Part shown: positions 1 to 7,966 of the stretch, piece after piece
Layout of the letters: every line of letters starts with the position of its first letter
Numbering within the stretch: the first letter of the stretch is position 1
Notes under the pieces: generated by a model
Told to the model about the DNA's origin: nothing
Database searches by the model: none
Seen by the model: the letters and a program-made list of their open reading frames with translations, nothing else
Program-made: the position numbers and the translations under genes
Source: Polyangiaceae bacterium
GTDB taxonomy: Bacteria; Myxococcota_A; Polyangia; Polyangiales; Polyangiaceae
Assembly (NCBI GenBank): GCA_044222475.1
Contig: JBGANF010000095.1
Span: 1 to 32,056, forward strand
Direction: 5' to 3'
DNA length: 32,056 nucleotides

Positions 1-29
1 CGCAGCGGAGGGACCGCGTGGAGGGGAGG

Positions 30-134
30 CTCACTCGGCTTCGCCGAGTGAGGGGAGGCGGCGCGAGCCGCCTTCCCCTGGGTACGTGAAGCGTGAATCA
101 CCGCGTGATCGAAGATCACGAGCGGTGATTCACG
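30..134. repeat. Cluster of three GC-rich hairpins (REP-like or terminator-like)
   Basis: CTCACTCGGC-ttc-GCCGAGTGAG (30-52). GGGGAGGCGGC-gcga-GCCGCCtTCCCC (52-78). CGTGAATCACCGC (92-104) pairs with GCGGTGATTCACG (122-134) and encloses GTGATC-gaa-GATCAC. The third hairpin overlaps the TGA (132-130) of the adjacent minus-strand gene. Confidence 0.7.
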
Positions 135-947
135 GGCACTCGCTGCCCAGCGGCGGATCGGGGTTGCACCGGCGAACCTCACCTTCACCGATCTCGAGGT
201 GCAGGCACTGATCGAGAAGAAGCTCGACGGCGTCATCCGCTCGTCGCAGCGAGTGCTCCCCGCCGACAAGTGGGTGAAGCAAATCCTGCACGTGTTCGTC
301 GCGAGCAAGGCCCAACACGACGCGGTGGTGCGCGTGTACAACAACGACATCGCGGCTCCCATCAAGGCCGACACGATCCTGCTCCTGACCCAGACGACCG
401 GAGGCGGGTTCATCTACTGCGCCCGCGTGACGGAGACGCCGACCTTCTTGCCGCCGATCTCGACCTCGAGATCGGTGATGGTGTTCGGCCCGCTGTCGTC
501 CGGGGGCGCATAGAGGATCTCGGTCTCGGTCTTGAGGAGCTTCGCTCCCTCGCAGAAGTGGAGGATCTCGAAGCTCATGATCTCCGACTCGAGCGAGCTC
601 CCCCCGGCGTTCGGGGTGTCCCACAGGGTCTGCCCGCCGACCGACAGCGATGCGCGCTCCCATTTCTCGCTCGCGGTGAACACGAGAGAGTCCTCCCGAA
701 GCGACGGCGACGGCGACGTCAGGTCGCCGCTGACGAGGGGACACGTGGAGCCCTGGCCGAACGTGCCGAGGATGTCGTCGATGCTCGCGTCGCTCGGGGT
801 CGCGTCGGCGCTGGTGTCCGTCGATGCGTCGGTGGCCGCATCGAGGGTGGATCCATCGGGCGCCGAAGCGTCGGCGGCGGGCTCCGTCGGCGACGAAGAG
901 CAGGCAAAGACGAAGAGGAGGGCGACGAACACACTCGACCGACGCAT
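130..947 (-). pseudogene. Lipoprotein with an AAC4-like domain, disrupted by an internal inversion (about 166-420) plus a small indel
   Basis: The minus ORF from ATG 947 has a lipobox (LLFVFAC) and reads TPNAGGSSLESEIMSFEIL..LLKTETEILY..ITDLEV..VGVSVTRA, then hits TAG at 416-414. The expected continuation (PANLTFTDLEVQALIEKKLDGVIRSS..KWVKQILHVF..DTILLLTQTTGGGFIYC) is on the plus strand at 169-420. The tail CNPDPPLGSECP* is back on the minus strand at 168-130. Confidence 0.8.
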
Positions 948-1210
948 CGAAGCCATTCTAACGCTGAAGTCAGATGAATCGATCCAGTGTTGGCATGCGG
1001 GTGCCTTCGAGCAGCGGCAGCGTGACGAATGCGGCGGGGCCGCCGCCATGTCGCTGGAAAGGCGCGGCTGACGGCTTCAGCGACTCATTCGACTTCTGAG
1101 GGGCCATCCGCCGGGCCCGCCGGTTGGTCCCCCTGCCGGGACTTGGCCGACGCGCCAGCCCGATCCAGCGAGGTCAAATCAACTGGGCACGGTGTTAGCG
1201 TCTTCCCGGC

Positions 1211-2395
1211 ATGCTCACGAGCGATCTCGTCCCCGTTCGCCGTCGCGGCGCCGAGCTCCAGCTCGTCGCGATCGACGCGAAGAAGCGCACGCGCGCGCTC
1301 ACGATCGCGGAGATGCTCGTCGACATCGCGAGGACCCACGTCGGTGAAGCTCGCGGCGATCTCGAGGAAGCGCTGTCTCAGGTCCCGGCCGAGCCCCGCG
1401 ACGAGAAGCTTCGCGCCGGTCTGGCGAAGCTCGTGCTCGATCGGTGCACGTTCGAGGCCGAGGCGAAGCTCCCCCCGGAAGACGTCCGCCGCGCGCTCTT
1501 CCTCCGAGCGGCGGAGTGGCGGCGCGAGGGCTCGATCGAGCCGCGCGACGCGGTCGTCGCCGAGGTCGGGCGCGCGCTCGGGCTCGGCCCCGCCGACGTC
1601 GAAGCGACGCTCTACGCCGACCTCAAGTCGGCCCACCCGCTGCGCGCGTTCGAGGACGTCTCGCCATCGCTCCTCCTCGCCGACTACGAAGACGCGCTGC
1701 CGCAGGCCGTGCTCCTCCGCGCGACGCGAGTCACCGTCGACGTTCGGCCCGCGAGCCCGGCCGCGCTGCGGGCGCTGCTTCGCAAGCTGAAATTCCTGCG
1801 TCTGCTCTTCGCGATCAGCCCCGCCGCCGAGGGTCATCGGCTGATCGTCGAGGGCCCGCTCGCGATGTTCGACGGCGGCGCACGATATGGGTTGAAGCTC
1901 GCGATGCTGCTGCCCGCGCTCCGCGCGTGCGGTGCGTTCGAGCTCGAGGCCGACGTTCGATGGGGTAAGGAACATGCAGTCTACACCTTTCGCGTCCAGA
2001 GCGACGCCGCGGCAGCCGCGCCGGAGGACGCGCCGCTCCCGGAGGAGGTCCAGGCGCTGCTCGACGCCGTCAACGCGTCGAAGGGGGACTGGCGAGCGAC
2101 TCGCGCGGACGAGGTCTTCGACCTCCCCGGTCTGGGCGCGGTCGTCCCGGATCTCGTCTTGAAGAACGGGAAGCGGAAGGTCTTCGTCGAGGTGCTCGGT
2201 TTCTGGAGTCGCGAGGCGGTGTGGCGACGCGTGGAGCTCGCCGAGCGCGGTCTCCCGCAGAAGATGATCTTCGCGGTCAGCGAGCGTCTCCGCGTGAGCG
2301 AAGAGGTGCTCGATTCGGAGCACGCGTGCCTCTACGTCTACAAGGGCGTGATCAGCGCGCGTGCGGTGCTGGAGCGCGCGGACGCGCTTCGGTGA
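1211..2395 (+). CDS. DUF790 family protein (Bax1-like predicted PD-(D/E)XK nuclease)
   Basis: N-terminal MLTSDL, LYADL, GPLAMFDGGARYGLKLAMLLPAL and C-terminal VPDLVL..VFVEVLGFWS motifs typical of DUF790. 394 aa. Confidence 0.85.
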   Translation: MLTSDLVPVRRRGAELQLVAIDAKKRTRALTIAEMLVDIARTHVGEARGDLEEALSQVPAEPRDEKLRAGLAKLVLDRCTFEAEAKLPPEDVRRALFLRAAEWRREGSIEPRDAVVAEVGRALGLGPADVEATLYADLKSAHPLRAFEDVSPSLLLADYEDALPQAVLLRATRVTVDVRPASPAALRALLRKLKFLRLLFAISPAAEGHRLIVEGPLAMFDGGARYGLKLAMLLPALRACGAFELEADVRWGKEHAVYTFRVQSDAAAAAPEDAPLPEEVQALLDAVNASKGDWRATRADEVFDLPGLGAVVPDLVLKNGKRKVFVEVLGFWSREAVWRRVELAERGLPQKMIFAVSERLRVSEEVLDSEHACLYVYKGVISARAVLERADALR

Positions 2396-2454
2396 GAGTT
2401 CGGAGCGAGATCGGGGGCAGCCCGACCATCAGACTTTCGAGGAAGCCGCGACCC

Positions 2455-3396
2455 TCAGTTCGGCGGCGTCAGCGGCGCGCAGGTCGAGACTCCCGCCCCG
2501 ACGACCGTCATCCCGGTGTTCGCGACGACGACCGAGAACGACTTGTCGCTCGAGTACTTGTAGCGGGTGACCTTGCTGTTGCTCAGACCGTCGGCCGTAT
2601 AGAACCAGAAGTCTCCGCCCCAGAACGAGAACGCGTACGACGACGAGGTGGTGACGGTGAGCGGCGTCGTGCCGCTGCCGGTGCCGGTCGTCTTGGCGAG
2701 CTCCGAGAGCTTCGGCGGCGAGAGCGTCGCGAAGAAGCCGAAGAGCCGCGCGTCACCGGTGCCGGTGAGCTCGCACTCGGAGCCCGCGAGCGCGCCGCCG
2801 TAGTCACCGATGAGCGAGAGCTTGTAGTTGTTGACGTCGATCTTGGCGAGCCCGCCGCCGCTGAAGATGGAGTCGTCCGCGGTGCAGGTGAACAGCGTCT
2901 CGGCGTTGCCGCCGCTCGTGTTCGAGGAGAAGCCCATCCCGCGGATGCGCCGGTTCAGTTGGCCGGTCTGGTACCCCGTCGGGGAGCACTTCGCGTTCGA
3001 CGTGTTGACGGTGAAGAGCGAGCCGTCGCTCATGTTGACGTAGGCCTTCGCGTTGCGGTCCACCGCCATCGAGTTGGGCGTGACGCCGAAGCCGACCTGG
3101 CAATCGAGCTGCCCGATCGGTTTGATCACCAGCGAGCCGGGGTCGAAGCTGTAGAGCGCGTTCTGCGAGCTCACGAGGTAGACGAGCTTCGCCGCGTCGG
3201 AGCAGCCAGGCGGAGGCGGCGCGATCCCGTCGTTCGTCAGCGCGGCGTCGTCGCCGGGGTTGAAGGGGTCGCCGTCGCTGGTCGTTCCGCCGTCGGTACT
3301 CTGGAAGTTCGACTTCCCGCTCGACCCGCACGCAGCGAGCACGCACACGCAAGCGACCCCCAGCCCCGCCAGCCCCGAGAGGAGAGCGATCCGCAT
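2455..3396 (-). CDS. Lipoprotein with a probable beta-propeller domain
   Basis: Lipobox VLAAC, acidic/Pro linker, repeated beta-strand units (LYSFDP, MAVDRN, LAKIDV, FAFSFWGGDFWFYT-like), C-terminal GAGVSTCAP. GC-rich third codon positions. Confidence 0.8.
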   Translation of the reverse strand: MRIALLSGLAGLGVACVCVLAACGSSGKSNFQSTDGGTTSDGDPFNPGDDAALTNDGIAPPPPGCSDAAKLVYLVSSQNALYSFDPGSLVIKPIGQLDCQVGFGVTPNSMAVDRNAKAYVNMSDGSLFTVNTSNAKCSPTGYQTGQLNRRIRGMGFSSNTSGGNAETLFTCTADDSIFSGGGLAKIDVNNYKLSLIGDYGGALAGSECELTGTGDARLFGFFATLSPPKLSELAKTTGTGSGTTPLTVTTSSSYAFSFWGGDFWFYTADGLSNSKVTRYKYSSDKSFSVVVANTGMTVVGAGVSTCAPLTPPN

Positions 3397-3405
3397 CCAA
3401 AAAGG

Positions 3406-5694
3406 CTAGCGGTCGGGGTTCTTCCCCGCAAGGAGCGTTTCCCGCCCCACGAGCACCAAGAGCGCGAAGAGCAGCACGAACGGGAGCATCGATAGGCCGT
3501 CGGACCAGCGTCCGTCGAAGAACGGGTTGTGCGCCTTCGACCACTCCTCGACCGCGGCGGTCGTCTTCTCCATTGCTCCGGCCATGAACGCGATGACGAT
3601 GCCGGCGATCGCGCCGCCGGCGATGTAGCCCGACGCGAGCAGCACGCCGGGGCTCTTGTCGCCCTCGGCGGTGAGCTCCTCTTCCGTGAGCTTCTTGCCC
3701 GCGTTCTTCTGCCGCGTGTACCGGTCGACGAGCCACCGTGCGAGCCCGCCGATGAGGATCGGCGTCGACGACGACAGCGGCAGGTAGAGCCCGACTGCGA
3801 ACGCGAGCGACGGGATGGCGCTCATCTCGAGCACGACCGCGATCATCACCCCGAGCAGGACGAGCCCCCACGGCAGTTGCCGGTTGAGGATCCCCTTGAT
3901 GATGTAGCTCATCAACGTCGCCTTCGGAGCGGCGAACTTGGTGACGCGCGTTCCGTGAGGCGTCCCGTCCGGTCGTACCGAATGGGTACCGTTGATCCCG
4001 GGATCGACGAGGTACTTCGCGTGCCCTTGGTCGTCGACGAAGTACTTGCCCGGCGGCCCCTTCACGTCGTCGGTCTTCTGCCAGACGAGGTAGCTCGCGC
4101 CGTCGAGCTTGGCCTGCGATCCCCGGAGCGACTCGCGATCGTGGAGCGCGCTCGGATCCGTCGCGAGGTCGGGCTCGAAGTTGCGGATCTCCTCGCCGTC
4201 GATCATCTGCGTCTCGGGGACGTAGACGGTCGCCGCGTCGTTGAGGCGCAGGAGGATCGGCCCGAGCGCGATCGCCGACGCGAGCGCGCCGACGAGGATC
4301 GCGATCTGCTGCGAGCGCGGGGTCGACCCGAGCAGGTAGCCGGTCTTGAGATCCTGCGACGTGGTGCCGCCGTTCGACGCCGCGATGCAGACGATCGCGC
4401 CGACGCTGAGCGCGGTGACGTAGTAGTGCGGTCCGGTCCAGCCGACCAAGAGGAAGACGAGGCACGTCAGGAGGAGCGTCGCGACGGTCATCCCCGAGAT
4501 CGGGTTCGACGAGCTGCCGAGCTCGCCGGTGAGCCGCGACGACACCGTCACGAAGAGGAACCCGAGCAGCACGATGAGGATCGCGCCGAGCGCGTTCATG
4601 TGGAGCGGCGCGGCGAAGCTGATCACCGCGATGAGCGCGAGCGAGCCGATGAGGACGAACTTCGGCGACAGGTCGAGGTCGGTGCGGAGCGTCGCAGTGG
4701 CCGCCTTGGGATCGCGCTTCTTGAACACGTCGCCGAAGGCCGCCCGCAGGCTCCGCGCGATCGTCGGCATGGCGTGGGCCAAGCTCACCAGGCCGCCGGC
4801 CGCGACCGCGCCCGCGCCGATGTAGAGGACGTACGCGCTGCGGATCTCGTCGGGGCCCATGCCGGAGATCGGGTCGTGCCCGGGCTCGACGACGCCGGCG
4901 GAGCTGCCGAAGATCTTGATGAGCGGGATGATGACCAAGTACGCGAGCACGCCGCCCGCGCACATGACCGACGCCACGCGCGGCCCGATGATGTAGCCGA
5001 CGCCGAGGAGCTCGGGGCTGATCTCGGCGGAGATCGACGCGCTGGGGAGCGGCTTCTTGAAGACGCGCTCGGGGACGTCCTTCCAGAGCTTGAACGCCGC
5101 CATCGCGGTCTTGTAGGCGAGCCCGAGGAAGAACCCGACGAAGATGGCGCGTGCGCTGAGCGACTGCGCTTCGGCCGCGCCCGCGTCACCGCTCGCTTCG
5201 ATGCTCTCCTTCGACGCGCCCGCCTTGAGGACCTCGGCGCACGCCGTACCTTCGGGGTACTTGAGCGTGTCGTGGTTCTCGACGATGAGCGCGCGACGAA
5301 GCGGGATCATCATCAAGATCCCCAGCAGGCCACCGAGGATCGCGACGAGCATGACGCGGCTGATCTCGAGATCGAACCCGAGGATCATGATCGCCGGCAT
5401 CGTCACGCCGACGCCGAACGCGATCGACTCGCCGGCGGATCCCGCCGTCTGGACGACATTGTCCTCGAGGATGGTCGAGCCACGGAAGCCGAGCTTGTGG
5501 AGCAGCCGGTAGAACGTGATCGAGATCACCGCGACCGGGATCGACGCGCTCACCGTGAGGCCGACCTTGAGCACCAAGTACAAGGACGACGCGCCGAAGA
5601 TGATCCCGAGCACGGTGCCGGTGATCAGCGGGCCGATCGAGAGCTCACGGAGCTTCGCCGACGCGGGGATGAACGGCTTGTGCTCCGTCGACAT
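3406..5694 (-). CDS. OPT family oligopeptide/metal-chelate transporter
   Basis: YLVLKVGLTVSASIP, YPEGTACAEVL, SSSNPISGM, SQDLKTGYLLG and APKATLM motifs, many TM helices. ATG at 5694 (MSTEHKPFIP) chosen over the longer ORF, which overlaps the next gene. Confidence 0.93.
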   Translation of the reverse strand: MSTEHKPFIPASAKLRELSIGPLITGTVLGIIFGASSLYLVLKVGLTVSASIPVAVISITFYRLLHKLGFRGSTILEDNVVQTAGSAGESIAFGVGVTMPAIMILGFDLEISRVMLVAILGGLLGILMMIPLRRALIVENHDTLKYPEGTACAEVLKAGASKESIEASGDAGAAEAQSLSARAIFVGFFLGLAYKTAMAAFKLWKDVPERVFKKPLPSASISAEISPELLGVGYIIGPRVASVMCAGGVLAYLVIIPLIKIFGSSAGVVEPGHDPISGMGPDEIRSAYVLYIGAGAVAAGGLVSLAHAMPTIARSLRAAFGDVFKKRDPKAATATLRTDLDLSPKFVLIGSLALIAVISFAAPLHMNALGAILIVLLGFLFVTVSSRLTGELGSSSNPISGMTVATLLLTCLVFLLVGWTGPHYYVTALSVGAIVCIAASNGGTTSQDLKTGYLLGSTPRSQQIAILVGALASAIALGPILLRLNDAATVYVPETQMIDGEEIRNFEPDLATDPSALHDRESLRGSQAKLDGASYLVWQKTDDVKGPPGKYFVDDQGHAKYLVDPGINGTHSVRPDGTPHGTRVTKFAAPKATLMSYIIKGILNRQLPWGLVLLGVMIAVVLEMSAIPSLAFAVGLYLPLSSSTPILIGGLARWLVDRYTRQKNAGKKLTEEELTAEGDKSPGVLLASGYIAGGAIAGIVIAFMAGAMEKTTAAVEEWSKAHNPFFDGRWSDGLSMLPFVLLFALLVLVGRETLLAGKNPDR

Positions 5695-5757
5695 GCGGCA
5701 ACGAGAGGGTGTACCGGAGCTGGTCGCTCGTGTCGACGTCGCTGATATGCTCGAGCG

Positions 5758-6789
5758 ATGTCGACTCTGCGCCGAAGGTACCTCGCGGCGATGGGGCTTC
5801 CCGTCGTGCTCGCCTGTGCAGCGAAGGGCCCGAACGTGGCCGAGGTCGCGATCCCGCCGGCGCCGCCGCCACCCGACGGGGGCGCTTCGACGACCAGTTC
5901 GACCCCGCTGCGGCACGGCGAACGATGGCTCGCCAGGTACGACGAGTTCGTGGGCCCCGAGTGCGAGGAGATGAGCGGAGAGGCTCACTGCGCCTATCGC
6001 GACGACATCACCGGCGCAGCGAACTGTCCGGCCAGCTTCGGCGAGCAGGAGCGAAGCCTCCCGCTGGCGCGAACCCCGAGCGACCAAGAGAGCGCGTCAC
6101 GCCACCGCATCGTCTGCTGCTACGCCGAGCCGCTGCTGTGCACGCCCGTGCGCCACTACCGCGGGCGGGTCCTCGACGGCCGTCCGGCCGAGTCGATGGA
6201 ACGCACCGACTGGCAGAACGCAGCGGCGCCGGACCACGATGCGATCGATTGGTGCGCGATGGCCGCGGCGGAGCACGCGGCGATCGCGTCGTTCGCGCGC
6301 ACGACGCTCGAGCTCCTCGCCCTCGGTGCTCCGCCCGCGCTGCTCGAGGAGACGCAGCGCGCCGCCCTCGACGAGATCGGGCACGCGCGGTTCGCGTACG
6401 CGATGGCATCGCAGCGAGCCGGCCGTGCGCTCGGACCTGGGCCGCTCGCCGCGGCGGCGCAACCGTTCGGCGCGCCGTCGCTCGCCGCGTTCGCAAGTGC
6501 GACGTTCCGCGACGCGTGCGTCGCGGAGACCCTCGGGGCGATCGCGGTGCGGCGCGACGCCGAGCGGGCACCACCCGCGCTGCGCGCTCGGCTCGTCGCC
6601 ATCGCCGAGGACGAAGAGCGACACGCCGAGCTCGCTTGGCGCACGCTCGCGTGGGCGGTTCGTGAGGGCGGAGCGGCGGCGCGCGATGCGCTGCGGATCG
6701 ACGTCGAGCGACTCGCGCGCGCCGAGTCCGGCGCGGGACCGATGAACGACGTCGTGCTGCCCTGCGCGCGCGCGCTGCTCGACGGGTGA
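5758..6789 (+). CDS. Ferritin-like domain protein with Cys-rich N-terminus (probable lipoprotein)
   Basis: Di-metal motifs EHAAIASF, DEIGHA, CVAETLGA and EDEERHAEL. Lipobox-like VVLAC and a CCY motif. Confidence 0.8.
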   Translation: MSTLRRRYLAAMGLPVVLACAAKGPNVAEVAIPPAPPPPDGGASTTSSTPLRHGERWLARYDEFVGPECEEMSGEAHCAYRDDITGAANCPASFGEQERSLPLARTPSDQESASRHRIVCCYAEPLLCTPVRHYRGRVLDGRPAESMERTDWQNAAAPDHDAIDWCAMAAAEHAAIASFARTTLELLALGAPPALLEETQRAALDEIGHARFAYAMASQRAGRALGPGPLAAAAQPFGAPSLAAFASATFRDACVAETLGAIAVRRDAERAPPALRARLVAIAEDEERHAELAWRTLAWAVREGGAAARDALRIDVERLARAESGAGPMNDVVLPCARALLDG

Positions 6790-6793
6790 GGCG

Positions 6794-7783
6794 TCAGTCG
6801 CCCATGTCGACGTCGACGTCGATGCTCGGACCGGACTCGATGGTCCGCGCGAGGTCGTCGCTCCGGATCGCTTCTCGCACGAACCCGCGGTGGTCCGGGA
6901 GGTTCGCCGAGAGGAGCACGCTGCGGAGCTCGCGCGCGAGCTCGACGGCGTTCGGGTAGCGGTCGGCCGCGCGCACCGAGAGCGCTCGATGCAAGATGCT
7001 CGCGAGCTCCTGCGGGAGGATGGGCGCGAAGATCGGGCGCACGACCTCGCCGCTGCGGACGGCCGCGAGCAGTGCGTCGCCCTCGATGTCGTTCGCGAAC
7101 CGCGGTCCTTGGAAGAGCCAGTTGAGGATGATGCCGAGCGAGAACACGTCGGTCGAGAAGCTCGGCGTCGCGCCGCGCACGATCTCGGGGGCGACGTGCG
7201 CGAGGCGCTCGCGGAGCGGGATCGCTCGCTGGACGCCCGAGGTGCCTTGGCAGGTTCGGTACTCGCCGAAGTCGGAGACCTTCACGTCACCGGCGGCCGA
7301 CAAGAGCACCTGGCGCGTCGAGAGATCACCGTGGACGACTCCGGCGTCGTGGGCCGCGGCGACCGCCTCGCAGACGGCGACGCCGATGAGGAGCGCAGCA
7401 TCGAGCGAGACGCGCGTTCGCTCGCGCAGCGCCGACGCGAGGCTCCGCGCATCCTTGATCCGCGCGAACACCGCGTACGGGATGCCGCCGGCGAGACCGA
7501 CCTCGAAGGGAACGTGCAGCGACGGATGGTCGGCTTGGTGGAGCTGGCTCGCGTTCGTGACGAGGGCCTCGTGAACGGCGTCGCGCTCGTCGGAGGCGAC
7601 GTGGCCGTAGAGCTTCACCGTCACCGGGCGCTTGAGCCCGGTCGACAGATCGAGGAGGCCTTCGCGCACGATGGCGCGCGAGCCTCGTCCGAGCTCCTTC
7701 CCGAGGGCGACCCGCGCCCCACCGGCGAGGCGAAACGGCTCAGGTGCACGGATCCGAATCCGGGGAACGGCCTTGTTTGCCAT
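6794..7783 (-). CDS. Ser/Thr protein kinase-like protein (possible pseudokinase)
   Basis: GRGSRA, VTVKLY, VVHGDLSTRQV, DFG, APE, DVFSLG and RY motifs. Several catalytic motifs are degenerate. Confidence 0.85.
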   Translation of the reverse strand: MANKAVPRIRIRAPEPFRLAGGARVALGKELGRGSRAIVREGLLDLSTGLKRPVTVKLYGHVASDERDAVHEALVTNASQLHQADHPSLHVPFEVGLAGGIPYAVFARIKDARSLASALRERTRVSLDAALLIGVAVCEAVAAAHDAGVVHGDLSTRQVLLSAAGDVKVSDFGEYRTCQGTSGVQRAIPLRERLAHVAPEIVRGATPSFSTDVFSLGIILNWLFQGPRFANDIEGDALLAAVRSGEVVRPIFAPILPQELASILHRALSVRAADRYPNAVELARELRSVLLSANLPDHRGFVREAIRSDDLARTIESGPSIDVDVDMGD

Positions 7784-7815
7784 GGTTCTCGATGATTGCA
7801 GGGTTCGTACCAGCG

Positions 7816-7854
7816 CCTACATGGAGCAAAATGTAGGTATTTGAAGGTGTAGGT
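7816..7854. promoter_or_regulatory. Candidate operator between divergent kinase and protease genes
   Basis: CCTACAT-N8-ATGTAGG inverted repeat (7816-7837), with TGTAGGT repeated at 7832 and 7848 in an AT-rich patch. Confidence 0.4.
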
Positions 7855-7966
7855 CGTCCCGCGGGCGAGCCGGTTGGGCGAACCCCGATCCACCTCATCC
7901 GACCAGGTACGAATCCCCTCCATTCAGTCGGGATGACGACCCGTCGCGGAGCCTTACGGTCGTTCA

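Noticed and set aside
414..416. TAG readthrough (pyrrolysine or stop recoding)
   Set aside because: The minus-strand sequence past the TAG is not the family continuation. The inversion explains the stop.
166..420. Programmed recombinase-driven phase-variation switch
   Set aside because: Only a 3-bp inverted microhomology, no recombinase gene in the window, and re-inversion does not restore the frame.
199..513. Plus-strand 104-aa ORF as an independent gene
   Set aside because: It is the inverted C-terminal fragment of the minus-strand gene. Beyond 420 it is just antisense of that gene.
962..1097. Possible structured RNA (CGCTGAAG..CTTCAGCG long-range pairing)
   Set aside because: Short bulged pairing in GC-rich DNA that overlaps promoter regions, with no recognisable family motif.
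3529..5745. Long antisense ORFs (also 9323-11161, 13921-16707, 26402-30757 and others)
   Set aside because: Shadow frames of real genes in high-GC DNA, Arg/Ala-rich and without motifs.
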